Virus genome (UHGV): UHGV-1455077
Source: a virus
Length of the DNA stretch: 64,000 nt
Direction: 5' to 3' (one strand)
Shown here: positions 18,801-28,279 of the stretch, one piece after another
How the letters are laid out: each line of letters begins with the position of its first letter
Numbering within the stretch: position 1 is the stretch's first letter
Position numbers and translations under genes: made by a program
The notes under the pieces: generated by a model
Seen by the model: the letters and a program-made list of their open reading frames with translations, nothing else
Databases searched by the model: none
Told to the model about the DNA's origin: nothing

Positions 18801-21800
18801 ACAAAGTAATGGGTCATATATAATGTCACCATAAATTGTTTGATTATCAAATAATATAATATGTTCATTTTCAATTTCTTTAATTTTCAAACAAGTAATA
18901 GCTTTATTTGTTGAGAATATATAAGTATCACCTTCTTTACGATAAACATCTAAATCTTCATTGAATATTGGTAAAGAAGCAGTATTTAATACTGACCAAT
19001 AACCATTAACATATTGTCCAACTTTATCAATAAATGCATCGTGGAAAATACCAATACCATCAGCACCAGGATTTAACATAATAATTGAATCTGTTTCAAT
19101 ATTTGTTGTCGTCCATAATAAGAAATCTCTAGCTTTATTTCTGAAATTTACCAATTCTCCATTGGTATCTAACATATTAAAATACCATCCTTCAACATCT
19201 TCAAGATATTTTCCATAACCATTAATAATATTATAAACATCTTGAATAGAAGAATAAACAGTTTTATAATTTATTTTTTCTAATTTATCAGTCCATTCAT
19301 TATAATAAATAACATTTCTTCCAGCAATATTAACAGTTGATTTTTTACCATTATATTGAGGAATTTTTACCATAAAATATGGCTTTTCATAATCATAACC
19401 ATCTATCATATAACCAGATTCAACTTTTTGAATTACAATTGCTGAATATGAATATTGTTTATCGGTAATAGTTTTATATAAATCTAATTCATAATTTTGT
19501 GAAGGAATAACTCCAAAATTATCTGATAAAATTTTAATACTATCATATTTGTAATAGCCTGCACATTTATAAGATAATTTCATTGTAATTTTTCTTATTG
19601 AATCAGCAATATAATTTGTAATATCTACATTTTCGTGTAATAAGAAATCTGAAATCCATTGTTGAATACCAATTTTTTGAATATAAGAATTATCAACTAA
19701 TTCATTATGCATAACAACATCAGATGGAGAAGGTCTTTTACCTAAATCATCATAAATAATTTGCTCATATGAAGTATCTTTAAAAATAACTTTAATATTT
19801 TGAGTATCCCAATTTCTTTCTACCCATTCTGTTGGTCTCATCATATATAAAATTGATTGAATTGAATATCTATATTCAGATGTATACATCCACGCAAATT
19901 CCCAACGACCAATATCACCAACTTTCCAAGATTGTCTTGCATAATATGGAATAGGAGCATTTAAAACAATACCAATATCAACTGGATTTAATAATTCACC
20001 ATTTTCATTAACTGGTAAATATTTTTCAATTAATTGTGGACGTTTTAAAAATTCATATTCTCCTTTTGATTCTCCATCAGCTACGTAACCATTTTCAATA
20101 TCTTGCCACATAGGTAAATTTGCAGAAGTATATGGTGCAGTACCATAATGTTCTTCCCACCATTCAGGCATTGAACCAAAACCTAACATTTCCCAAGGAT
20201 GAGTATGAGGTCTATAAGTATCATAGTAATACATATAAATTGATTTATATGAACCATATAATTGTTCGCCATCAGCATCTACACAAGTTGAATAATTCCA
20301 AGAAAATGGGTCATTTTGGTCAAAACCATCATTAATAGTATAATCAACACCTTTATCTTGACACCATTTTTCAAAAATAGGAGTTAAAAATTCTTTATAT
20401 TCTTGTTGATTATAACTTGTTTCTCTAAATTTACCAGGAATATATTCTAACTTATTGTATAATGGTAAACTATTTTTAAATTTATCTAAGATTGAATTAT
20501 AAATAGCTGTTTCAATTCCTAATAATGCTTCATCACGATAATCATTAAATAACATTTGATATGAACCATCGTGGCAAAGTAAAACTTTTGGTTTATTAGC
20601 ATTTTCTTCAAATACAATAATCTGTGGCTTATAACAAGAATCTAATCCTAAATATGCAGGAGTAGCTGGAATATAACATTCTCCATATTCATTTGCTACA
20701 CCATTATTATAAAATGAATTTAATCCTTCTTTACCAATATTAATTTTACTTAATGCAGTTTGAATAATTTTTTTAACATCTGTTTGTTGAGTTATATGAG
20801 AAACTGAACCTGTTGGACTAATAACATCAACAGTTTCATATTCATCATATTCTCCACTATTACTCATTGAAGTAATAATATTTTTAAATTTAGTTTTAAA
20901 TTTTGTATATTCATTAGTTATATATGTTAATACTGTTCTTATATTTGAAAATTCACGAGAATTTAGCAACATTGTTTTAAGGGCAGGACTTTCGTGTTGT
21001 AAAATTTCTGTACCTAATGATAAATCTTTTTTTGTATTATTATAATTATTATTTCCTGATGAATTACCACTAAATGCACTTTGATTTTCAATGATGCTTC
21101 TTAATTGGTCAAAACATTCATTATAATTAATTTGAGAAATATCTTCATTCATTGCATTTGAAGTAATAGTTAATGGTAAATCATAAAAATATCCATCAGC
21201 AATTGTATCAGTTAACTTTTTAACTAATAATTTAATATATAAGCTATCATCAGTATTTAAAATACTTGTTTCAGCAATCATTAATTTTTTATCTTTAATG
21301 ATATAATCAATACCGTCATTTAACAAAACACCATTTAGATATACAAATGATGATTTTTTATTTGTAACTTCGTCTGGCTGATATGCTAATTGAAAAACAG
21401 TATATTTCACATCATCAATTGTTTCATATACTTTATTATCTGAAACTGTTAACTCGGTTGTAATATATTGAGTAGTTATATCTTTAGAAATATACCAGTT
21501 ATTTAAATATACATCTTGTCCATTTAATTTAAAAAACTTAAATCCATCATACTCTTTTAATATTGTATAATCATAATAAGTAAATGTTTGTGTTCTAATT
21601 ATATTATCAAAAATGTAATTACCATAGCCATCAGTAACAATAGCTTTATTTAAATCTTCATCTATTGTTGCTCCTGCTTCATCAGTTGTAACATAATCAA
21701 ATAATTTACTTCCCTTAAATGATGATTGATTGTAATATAATTGATTATCTAAAGTGTTTTTTTCATCATCATAAAGTTGAAATAATGGTGATTGATTAAC

Positions 21801-23174
21801 ATTATGCTTTTGTTGTCCTGTTATCCATTCTCCATTGTTATAATAGTAATAAATACCTGCATAACGACCTTTACGTACAGTTATGCCTTCTCCTTCAACT
21901 GGTGAACCATCTGTTGATAAACCATTAATTACTGGTTGTAAAATAACAGTATTAATTGATGAAACGCCTGAAACTTGATAAATTCTATTATTTGATAATT
22001 CATCAGAATCGCCTGTGATTAAAATTGTCATTCCATCTTTTAAATCAACCCCTTGTATTGGTTGTGGAACAATACCATTTAAATCATTCTTTCTACTATT
22101 AACAATTAAATCAACATATCCACGATTATAAGTTCCATAATTATATAATTGAATATCTTTATTAAAACATAAAATAGGTTTTTTAGCCTGAATATATTGA
22201 ATTTTTCTTGTATTATCTGTGTATCTGATACTTTCAAACTCACCAAAAGTTTTAACTTTAATTGTTAAATCCATATCAGCATAAATCATTGTATCATCAG
22301 TCATATCTTCTGGCGATGCGTTTGTATAATATAATACATTATTACTTATTAATTGATAAATTATTGTATTTTCAATTTTATCTAAAACTGAACGATGAAA
22401 CCAACGATTTCTTAATGACCAAGCGTTACCATCAATTGCTCCTCTTTCCATAACATAATAATCAGGAGCTTTAGATATTGAAGATAAAATTTCACTATCA
22501 TTAATTAATTGAATTGATGAACCAACTCCTTCTACAATAAATGGAATATTATTATACTCTGGATTTTCATCATTAATAAATAACACTCTCATACCAGATG
22601 AAAAATTTACTGTTACTTCATTTTCATCTTCATCAATTCCTTTATAAGTATAATTTTCTTTTCCAATAATATCAGTAACAGCATTTGTTTTTGATAATAA
22701 TTCTACTGGTGGCTGACCATCTTCTACCCAATAATAAAAGTTATAGTTTAAAAACATATCTATATTAATTGGCGGACACCAAGACCAATATGTATCCGAA
22801 AGCAATCTGTTTTGGTCATTTGTTTCACAACCCTGAATTTTCAATGTATTTAAGAAATTACTAAAATCAACAACGGAATTATTTGATTCTAATGATTCAT
22901 CATTAGGATTTGTTGTTACTAAAACAGGTGATAATTGATAAGTTTTTCTTTCACTTGATGGTTCTGAAAGATAAAAATCACCTTTTTCTAATGCAACCGA
23001 TTTTTTACCAATATATCCATTAATATAACTTTCATATGATTGTTGGAAAAATGGATTTAAAACATAATCTATATATTTGCCAATTAGTTGTCTATTTGAA
23101 AATTCTGCTGGAAAAAAATCTTTTAAATCTTTTTTAACAATTTGTTTAACCGAAGTTGCTTCATTAATTGCCAT
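15810..23174 (-). CDS. giant virion structural protein (2454 aa), baseplate or tail-fibre candidate
   Basis: A single uninterrupted ORF with RBS AAAAGGATAAAATA and a late motif 26 nt upstream. It lies in a cluster with the tube protein and other very large structural proteins. No catalytic motif was seen. Confidence 0.6.
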   Translation of the reverse strand: MAINEATSVKQIVKKDLKDFFPAEFSNRQLIGKYIDYVLNPFFQQSYESYINGYIGKKSVALEKGDFYLSEPSSERKTYQLSPVLVTTNPNDESLESNNSVVDFSNFLNTLKIQGCETNDQNRLLSDTYWSWCPPINIDMFLNYNFYYWVEDGQPPVELLSKTNAVTDIIGKENYTYKGIDEDENEVTVNFSSGMRVLFINDENPEYNNIPFIVEGVGSSIQLINDSEILSSISKAPDYYVMERGAIDGNAWSLRNRWFHRSVLDKIENTIIYQLISNNVLYYTNASPEDMTDDTMIYADMDLTIKVKTFGEFESIRYTDNTRKIQYIQAKKPILCFNKDIQLYNYGTYNRGYVDLIVNSRKNDLNGIVPQPIQGVDLKDGMTILITGDSDELSNNRIYQVSGVSSINTVILQPVINGLSTDGSPVEGEGITVRKGRYAGIYYYYNNGEWITGQQKHNVNQSPLFQLYDDEKNTLDNQLYYNQSSFKGSKLFDYVTTDEAGATIDEDLNKAIVTDGYGNYIFDNIIRTQTFTYYDYTILKEYDGFKFFKLNGQDVYLNNWYISKDITTQYITTELTVSDNKVYETIDDVKYTVFQLAYQPDEVTNKKSSFVYLNGVLLNDGIDYIIKDKKLMIAETSILNTDDSLYIKLLVKKLTDTIADGYFYDLPLTITSNAMNEDISQINYNECFDQLRSIIENQSAFSGNSSGNNNYNNTKKDLSLGTEILQHESPALKTMLLNSREFSNIRTVLTYITNEYTKFKTKFKNIITSMSNSGEYDEYETVDVISPTGSVSHITQQTDVKKIIQTALSKINIGKEGLNSFYNNGVANEYGECYIPATPAYLGLDSCYKPQIIVFEENANKPKVLLCHDGSYQMLFNDYRDEALLGIETAIYNSILDKFKNSLPLYNKLEYIPGKFRETSYNQQEYKEFLTPIFEKWCQDKGVDYTINDGFDQNDPFSWNYSTCVDADGEQLYGSYKSIYMYYYDTYRPHTHPWEMLGFGSMPEWWEEHYGTAPYTSANLPMWQDIENGYVADGESKGEYEFLKRPQLIEKYLPVNENGELLNPVDIGIVLNAPIPYYARQSWKVGDIGRWEFAWMYTSEYRYSIQSILYMMRPTEWVERNWDTQNIKVIFKDTSYEQIIYDDLGKRPSPSDVVMHNELVDNSYIQKIGIQQWISDFLLHENVDITNYIADSIRKITMKLSYKCAGYYKYDSIKILSDNFGVIPSQNYELDLYKTITDKQYSYSAIVIQKVESGYMIDGYDYEKPYFMVKIPQYNGKKSTVNIAGRNVIYYNEWTDKLEKINYKTVYSSIQDVYNIINGYGKYLEDVEGWYFNMLDTNGELVNFRNKARDFLLWTTTNIETDSIIMLNPGADGIGIFHDAFIDKVGQYVNGYWSVLNTASLPIFNEDLDVYRKEGDTYIFSTNKAITCLKIKEIENEHIILFDNQTIYGDIIYDPLLCIKAQRLKLLGIKVDGWNGTYFAPGYLIDKNGAYPNYDKLANDFKYFYNTDDVRSQGIFGDYAKRTIGFQKLPSMERLLIDDRNIFDFYKGLLKEKGTKRSFDKLNRSTYIMDAENNEIELFENWAFKVGEFGYTSNSSIIELKVQPDLITQDPQIVSFTTSDNVKLNNSIIDITWNNSNWLKKKESKELNKFNFTNNFKFYPTAGFAEIGETNYIIDNETTFDEMLKNMKVGEKVWISFANTKQGWDIRKKVDEENNWISMVVDKIADVYSFDTTHLEIGDLIYVLRDVINNVDNLKKIYDPSYHINDSQNIIDKMAWSVFKYINEQSGEVYDVGETDIDYKPTVDKTYSLYRLQNRKVNIKEVKSCFMVNDDNNETMATIQPYDPIQGVFPNNLLKEINYIIAQDPADYNNYSTWGDNKVGQLWWDISKVKYLDYSQGEITYRRNNWGKQMPGSEIAIMEWTKSTTEPKDISYVTKEVYNNSTEKNEVYYYYWVKNPSEIPSVQFRHTSALYISQIINSPQDEGVIWYAPVYAYDGETQYSSMIIGNFDTINAGRDFVIQLNFLGDNDVTEHEEWVLVKENTDAEIPDSLWDKMKASLVGYDSLGQVVPDPELLERNKIGIYIRPRQTMFENISKARQNFVDILNHIFDTRDVLSDIDVGSSEFNNIFLSKEPYPEYDYSFDTHLEMISSEDTALIGKTILVKTDEVYENIWTLWRMDNLNDYTLLKYQTYDVSKYWTYKDLYADDSIKMITPRATFESEIDLQEHFEEYHFETGDVVKIYSDGKWILKQYEGMQGTSPIFHTVGLQDGTINVSDSLYTYMDDAELKNNVPNWYRDETPRTTDFIITEDLWNGYDYMGINITKNGVLDASYMKNSFANNVKIYTPDISGEGYNQYPITFSLVSGVSTSAVVLGLKTGSNDTLEYLTNELPFTKATVPVGSKVTVAEDFNVTLNFWNGDYDSRDDSIFIGNQTKYDYLEAESAIVIQKMLSYFEEK

Positions 23175-23200
23175 TATTTTATCCTTTTATATTCATAATA

Positions 23201-23208
23201 ATATTTAT
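23201..23208 (-). promoter_or_regulatory. late-promoter-like motif ATAAATAT
   Basis: 26 nt upstream of the ATG of the 2454-aa gene. Confidence 0.45.
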
Positions 23209-23270
23209 GATTTCAAGAAGTCAAATTTTTAAGGTATACAAATAACATAAATACATACAGAAGCATTTTA

Positions 23271-23278
23271 ATAAATAT
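23271..23278 (+). promoter_or_regulatory. late-promoter-like motif ATAAATAT
   Basis: 26 nt upstream of the ATG at 23305. Confidence 0.45.
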
Positions 23279-23304
23279 GTTTATAAAGATTAATGGAGAT
23301 AACA

Positions 23305-23910
23305 ATGGATTATGTAAATACACTTTCAAAATTTGGTGTTAAATTAGATGATAGAAACCAAAGAACTAAATTTAACCACTTAAAAACTCGTTATAGAGTT
23401 AGATTTGAAGGCTTCGCTTCACCAATCGGCGGTGAAAACATAACTATGGATATGCGTAGTTTTACAACACCAAAGGGTGCATTTGAAGACCAGACTATTG
23501 AAACAGTAAATGGCCCAATTTACTATCCAGGAAAATGGACTTGGGAACCAACATCATTTACTGTTTATGATTCTTATGATAATATGAATTATAAAGAATT
23601 ATATCGTCAAATTCAATTACAAAGAGATTTATCAGAACAAGTTACAGGTACTGTTTCTCAAAACTATAAATATGTAACAATGTTTGAATATACTGATGGT
23701 CACCAAAATGCTATTGCAACTTGGGTAATGGAAGGTTGTTTCTTACTTCAAGCTCAACCAGAAGATGGTGATAATGGAAACCACGAATCAATGTTAATTA
23801 ACTGTTCACAAAGATTTGATAACGCAACCTTATATGATTATGATGGAACTTTAATTACAGGTGATGGTGCAGTTTCAACATTAATGTCTAAAGTTTTAGC
23901 CTATAACTAA
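23305..23910 (+). CDS. tail tube / baseplate tube protein, T4 gp19-fold family
   Basis: RSFTTPKGAFEDQTIETVNGPIYYPGKWTWEPTSFTVYDS aligns with T4 gp19 KATALPAGIVEKIPVGFMNRKINVAGDRTFDDWTVTVMND. The start is taken at MDYVN (RBS AATGGAGATAACA) rather than the ORF-track start 23293. Confidence 0.55.
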   Translation: MDYVNTLSKFGVKLDDRNQRTKFNHLKTRYRVRFEGFASPIGGENITMDMRSFTTPKGAFEDQTIETVNGPIYYPGKWTWEPTSFTVYDSYDNMNYKELYRQIQLQRDLSEQVTGTVSQNYKYVTMFEYTDGHQNAIATWVMEGCFLLQAQPEDGDNGNHESMLINCSQRFDNATLYDYDGTLITGDGAVSTLMSKVLAYN

Positions 23911-23926
23911 TACATTTAACAAAATT

Positions 23927-23957
23927 AAAAAGAGAGGTTTTAAAACCTCTCTTTTTT
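23927..23957. terminator. bidirectional terminator
   Basis: AGAGAGGTTTTAAAACCTCTCT is a perfect palindrome followed by TTTTTT, between convergent genes. Confidence 0.65.
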
Positions 23958-23971
23958 AATATTCATTTGAA

Positions 23972-26758
23972 TTACTTATCATTACTAACTGTTATAATTT
24001 CCCCATTAGCAGGTTGATTATTTAATATCACATAATTCATTTCTTGCTTTGCGGCTTTTTCAAGTGTAGATTCATCTGATGAATATGCAACTTCTTCAGT
24101 AACTATTTTATAATCATCTTTAGTTAATAATACTGGATTTTCACTATAAATGACACTATCTGTTGTATATTCTTTATCAATATAAAAATTAGTAATTCTA
24201 TAACGAGAAGAATTTACTTCTTGAATATTTTCAAAATACAATTTTTCATCATTAATAAAAATATATCCCATAAAAGAAGGTTTAGAACTTTTAATTTCAA
24301 TTTTATTACCATCATAAATATTATTTTTATTAGTTACAGTTGGTAAACCTAAAATTTCAATATTATCTTCATTGCTTGTTGGAGATGTTAAATTACTAAT
24401 TGTAATATCTATATTTTGTAATGGCATTATGACTAATTTATTATCATAAATATATGCTTTAACAATATTTTTTGTTGCCGATAAATTATTAATTGTATCA
24501 ACAGCATCTTGTAATGTACCTCTTTCTGGATGTTCTTTCATATATCCAGTTGAATTTTTATCTGAACCCCAAACAACATTATTTTTATTAATTCTTAATC
24601 CATTTGAACCATCTTTTAAAATTGGTGTATCTGTTGTTATATATGCTTTAGTTCCTTGAACATATGTACCTGTTAATTCTTGTAAAGGACTTCCAACATT
24701 ATTACTAAGTACGATACTTTTTCCCTGATTAGCAATCATAACTATATTATTATTATCTTTAATAATATTAAAATTAGATATACCAGAAGTTGATTGTTTC
24801 ATATATGTTATAAATTCATCAATACCTGTTATATTTTTTGTAATTTTGACAATATATGTTTTATTTCCAATAATAACATTTAAATTCTGATTTGAATGAA
24901 TTACTAAATTATTTGTTGGTATTGTTAATGACACATTACCTGGTTTATAGATATTATCACTTGAAATATCAAAATATGTACTATTATATTTTATTGGTGT
25001 TAATAAATTTATTAATGGCTTAATCATTACATTAACTTTTTCATTATCAGTTAATGTACCTGGAATTATAAATTTATTTTCTACATCATCGGTAATAAAT
25101 GTCATTATTGATTTAACTCGTGATGAACAATCTTTTTGTGTAGATTCTCTAAAATCAATAACATAATCATTTATATTATGTTTTTCTGCTAAATAACTTC
25201 CGTCTGCACCTCGTCTTATTCTTTTTAAAATATTATTTGCTTCATCAACTTCATAAAATTCAATAATTTCAGAATTAATAATTATTTTTCCTGGAGTAAT
25301 ATCTTTGTTTTTTTCAATAATTGGTAGTTTAAGAGCATTAATATTTTTAACATATATTTCAGAATCACCAATATTTAAATCTTTTGTTAATTGAGTAATT
25401 TTACTTTTACTAAAATTCATTTTATATTGATAATCTTTATAATCACACCCATATAATGAAGTTGGAACATTATTATCATCAACATTATAAATCATTAAAT
25501 ATGGTAATGGAGCAGATACACAAAGTTCAGATGGTCTTTCAACTTCATATGAAGGTCTTAAAAAACCACTACCATCAACATTAATAACATTGTTTGATTG
25601 TCCATAACGGTCTTCCCAAGTATATATTTTATCATATATATAATAATAATCAATAGTTGTTACAATTATATGTCCATTTTCCACAATTCTATTATCATAA
25701 TATTGATTATTTTCTTTATCAAATGGAAGATAAACTTTACCATCAACTAATTCCCAATTTGTTAATGGAACTCTTGTAATTTGTTCACTTATATCTCTTG
25801 TACCATTTGGATATTCAATATTAACAGTTATTTTATTACTATTAAATCCGCCTTCTGGAACATCAAAATACTCTGTACCATATTCTTTAAATTCTTTTAA
25901 TCCTGTATCTGATGACATTTTATTAAATGGATGTCCAACAAAAACCCAAGATTTTTTTTGACCATCTTTATTTTCAGTAATAACAAGTTTTTCTAAGTTA
26001 CGAATTGTATAAAATAATGTTAATAAATTATTTTCTAATGAATAATCAGTAATTTCTGTTTCTATTCCATTAAAATATGATGTTATTGTAATAAAATTAT
26101 GTTGTAATAAATCTTCATTTTCTAATTTAAATGTTTGTAAACCAACATTTACAAATTCTTTTATATAAGGATAATCAAAATTTTCATTATAATTAACTAA
26201 ACAATAATCATTAGTTACTGTTGGTGCATCATACAAAGTTGAATCATATAAAAATGCATCATATCCAGCCGTATCAACATTAAATGTTGAACCATTAATT
26301 GTAATTCCTTTAAAATGGCAATTTAAATAATCTTTAATATCATCTAAATTTTTAGTTTTATATGCATATAATCTGTTTGCCATATGTGTGTCCATATATT
26401 CAATATCAGATAAAGAACCTTGAGGGTCAACTGCTGATGTTACAGCATCATAACGAATATACATTGTTATATTATTTTTTTCTTGTTCTTTTGCCCCAGA
26501 AACATTTACATCATCTCGTTGAGAAGAATATTTTTCAATAAATTGTTCAAATTCCACGTGATAGGGCTTAATTTGATAAATGTAATCAATAACATCTTCA
26601 ATAACTGAATCTTGTTTATATTTTTTATTATTAACTGTTGAGTTAATACCAGTATAATTCACTAAACTGGTTTTTAATGCCCAATCAACGTTTTTTTGTT
26701 CTGAAAAAATATAATGCAATAAACCAAAAAATATTTTATTTTTATCTAATAATGACAT
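23972..26758 (-). CDS. large structural protein (928 aa), baseplate or fibre candidate
   Basis: ORF with RBS AAGGAA. Called from its position in the tail/baseplate module. Confidence 0.5.
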   Translation of the reverse strand: MSLLDKNKIFFGLLHYIFSEQKNVDWALKTSLVNYTGINSTVNNKKYKQDSVIEDVIDYIYQIKPYHVEFEQFIEKYSSQRDDVNVSGAKEQEKNNITMYIRYDAVTSAVDPQGSLSDIEYMDTHMANRLYAYKTKNLDDIKDYLNCHFKGITINGSTFNVDTAGYDAFLYDSTLYDAPTVTNDYCLVNYNENFDYPYIKEFVNVGLQTFKLENEDLLQHNFITITSYFNGIETEITDYSLENNLLTLFYTIRNLEKLVITENKDGQKKSWVFVGHPFNKMSSDTGLKEFKEYGTEYFDVPEGGFNSNKITVNIEYPNGTRDISEQITRVPLTNWELVDGKVYLPFDKENNQYYDNRIVENGHIIVTTIDYYYIYDKIYTWEDRYGQSNNVINVDGSGFLRPSYEVERPSELCVSAPLPYLMIYNVDDNNVPTSLYGCDYKDYQYKMNFSKSKITQLTKDLNIGDSEIYVKNINALKLPIIEKNKDITPGKIIINSEIIEFYEVDEANNILKRIRRGADGSYLAEKHNINDYVIDFRESTQKDCSSRVKSIMTFITDDVENKFIIPGTLTDNEKVNVMIKPLINLLTPIKYNSTYFDISSDNIYKPGNVSLTIPTNNLVIHSNQNLNVIIGNKTYIVKITKNITGIDEFITYMKQSTSGISNFNIIKDNNNIVMIANQGKSIVLSNNVGSPLQELTGTYVQGTKAYITTDTPILKDGSNGLRINKNNVVWGSDKNSTGYMKEHPERGTLQDAVDTINNLSATKNIVKAYIYDNKLVIMPLQNIDITISNLTSPTSNEDNIEILGLPTVTNKNNIYDGNKIEIKSSKPSFMGYIFINDEKLYFENIQEVNSSRYRITNFYIDKEYTTDSVIYSENPVLLTKDDYKIVTEEVAYSSDESTLEKAAKQEMNYVILNNQPANGEIITVSNDK

Positions 26759-26805
26759 TTGATTCCTTACTTTTTAATATAATTATTTATTGATTGATTT
26801 CTCAC

Positions 26806-26857
26806 GAATAAATATATATACAAAAGAATAAATATATATACAAAAGAATAAATATCT
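26806..26857 (+). repeat. tandem direct repeat, 20-bp unit x2.6 (GAATAAATATATATACAAAA)
   Basis: Units at 26806..26825 and 26826..26845, with a partial unit at 26846..26857. Each unit contains ATAAATAT, and the last copy sits 26 nt before the ATG at 26882. Confidence 0.7.
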
Positions 26858-26881
26858 TATTGATAACCAAAGGTTAAATTT

Positions 26882-27409
26882 ATGAGCTATTCAGGTTTTT
26901 TAAGTGACCCAGAGTATACACGCAGAAGTCAGGATGAAAATGTTACAGGAAATTGGACATTTGAACATATTGTGACTTGCAAAGAAGCTATTCGTGGTAC
27001 AGCTATTGCCACATATTATGGTGACTTAGCAGAATATTATACACATTCTGTTATGGAACAAATTCCTGTGGGAACTTTAGTTAAATTTGGTGGCGAAAAA
27101 GAAATTACAAAAACCCAACCTAATGATAAACATTGCTTTGGAATTATTTCTTCAAAACCTGGTATTGAATTAAATAAAAAAACTCAAGAAGGTGCATTAC
27201 CTGTTGCATTATGTGGTAAAGTTCCTTGTAGAGTTTCTGGAACAATTAAAAAATTTGAAAAATTAACAACTTCTAAAATTGCAGGTGTTGCAAAAAAGAA
27301 AACATTTTTAGATTGGTTACTCTTTAAACCAACAATTGGTATTTCTTTAGAAGAAAAAACTAAAAAAACTGAAAAACTTATTGAAATTTTTATGCACACT
27401 CATATATAA
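26882..27409 (+). CDS. hypothetical protein
   Basis: 175-aa ORF with RBS AAAGG. It is the first gene of a plus-strand island. Confidence 0.5.
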   Translation: MSYSGFLSDPEYTRRSQDENVTGNWTFEHIVTCKEAIRGTAIATYYGDLAEYYTHSVMEQIPVGTLVKFGGEKEITKTQPNDKHCFGIISSKPGIELNKKTQEGALPVALCGKVPCRVSGTIKKFEKLTTSKIAGVAKKKTFLDWLLFKPTIGISLEEKTKKTEKLIEIFMHTHI

Positions 27410-27454
27410 TAATTCTTATAGTAAATAATTTTATATTATTACATAGGAGATATT

Positions 27455-28279
27455 ATGAAAACTTTAATTGTTTACCCAACTTTTTTATGCCCTTATTCTT
27501 GTGCATTTTGTCTTACTAAAGATAAAAACTCATTAAATGAATTTTTAGATATTTTTAAATTAAGAGATTTTTTAGAAAAGAATGCATCAAAATTTGATAA
27601 AATTAAAATTTCTGGCGGTGAACCAATGTCAATCAATTATGATTATTTTAATGAATTGGTTGATACTTTAAAAGAATTTAATACAAACATTGTCGTATCA
27701 TCATATCCTGTTGAATTAAAAAATTATCGTGATGATATTGAATATGAATTTTCATATGATTTTTTAGCTAGACCTCGTGCATTAGAAGTTTGGGAAAATC
27801 TTTTGAATTTTCCTAAAAAATTTGATGTAAAAGTTTTAGTATCTCCTCAAATTTTAAAAACATTTCACCCAAATGTAATATTAAATAAATTGTCAATATT
27901 ACCAAACATTAATACTGTTGAATTTAAAGAATATTATAGAAATGAAACAACTATGTGGAATTTAAATAGTTTAGTATATGATAAATTTATTAAATTAGTG
28001 TTATCATCTCAATTAAATGTTCCATTTATTAACTTAAATAAAGAAAAAATGAGATTTTTAAATGGTAAAACCTCTAAAGCCAATGAATCTTTTTTTGAAG
28101 AAGAATATTGTTTATTACCTGATAATAAATTATATGTTCAACAGTTCAATGAAAACGATATTTCTTATTTTAAAGAAATAAATGAAAATGATATTGGTTT
28201 AGAAAAAGTTAATTATCCAGAAGAATATAATTTTTATTCTAAAAATTTAAGACAATGGAGTCTTAATAATGACATCTAA
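27455..28279 (+). CDS. radical SAM enzyme (QueE/NrdG-like small radical SAM)
   Basis: The CxxxCxxC cluster FLCPYSCAFC sits near the N-terminus, and KISGGEPM is the glycine-rich SAM-binding motif. Compare B. subtilis QueE TAGCDYSCSWC / TISGGNP. RBS is TAGGAGATATT. Confidence 0.8.
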   Translation: MKTLIVYPTFLCPYSCAFCLTKDKNSLNEFLDIFKLRDFLEKNASKFDKIKISGGEPMSINYDYFNELVDTLKEFNTNIVVSSYPVELKNYRDDIEYEFSYDFLARPRALEVWENLLNFPKKFDVKVLVSPQILKTFHPNVILNKLSILPNINTVEFKEYYRNETTMWNLNSLVYDKFIKLVLSSQLNVPFINLNKEKMRFLNGKTSKANESFFEEEYCLLPDNKLYVQQFNENDISYFKEINENDIGLEKVNYPEEYNFYSKNLRQWSLNNDI

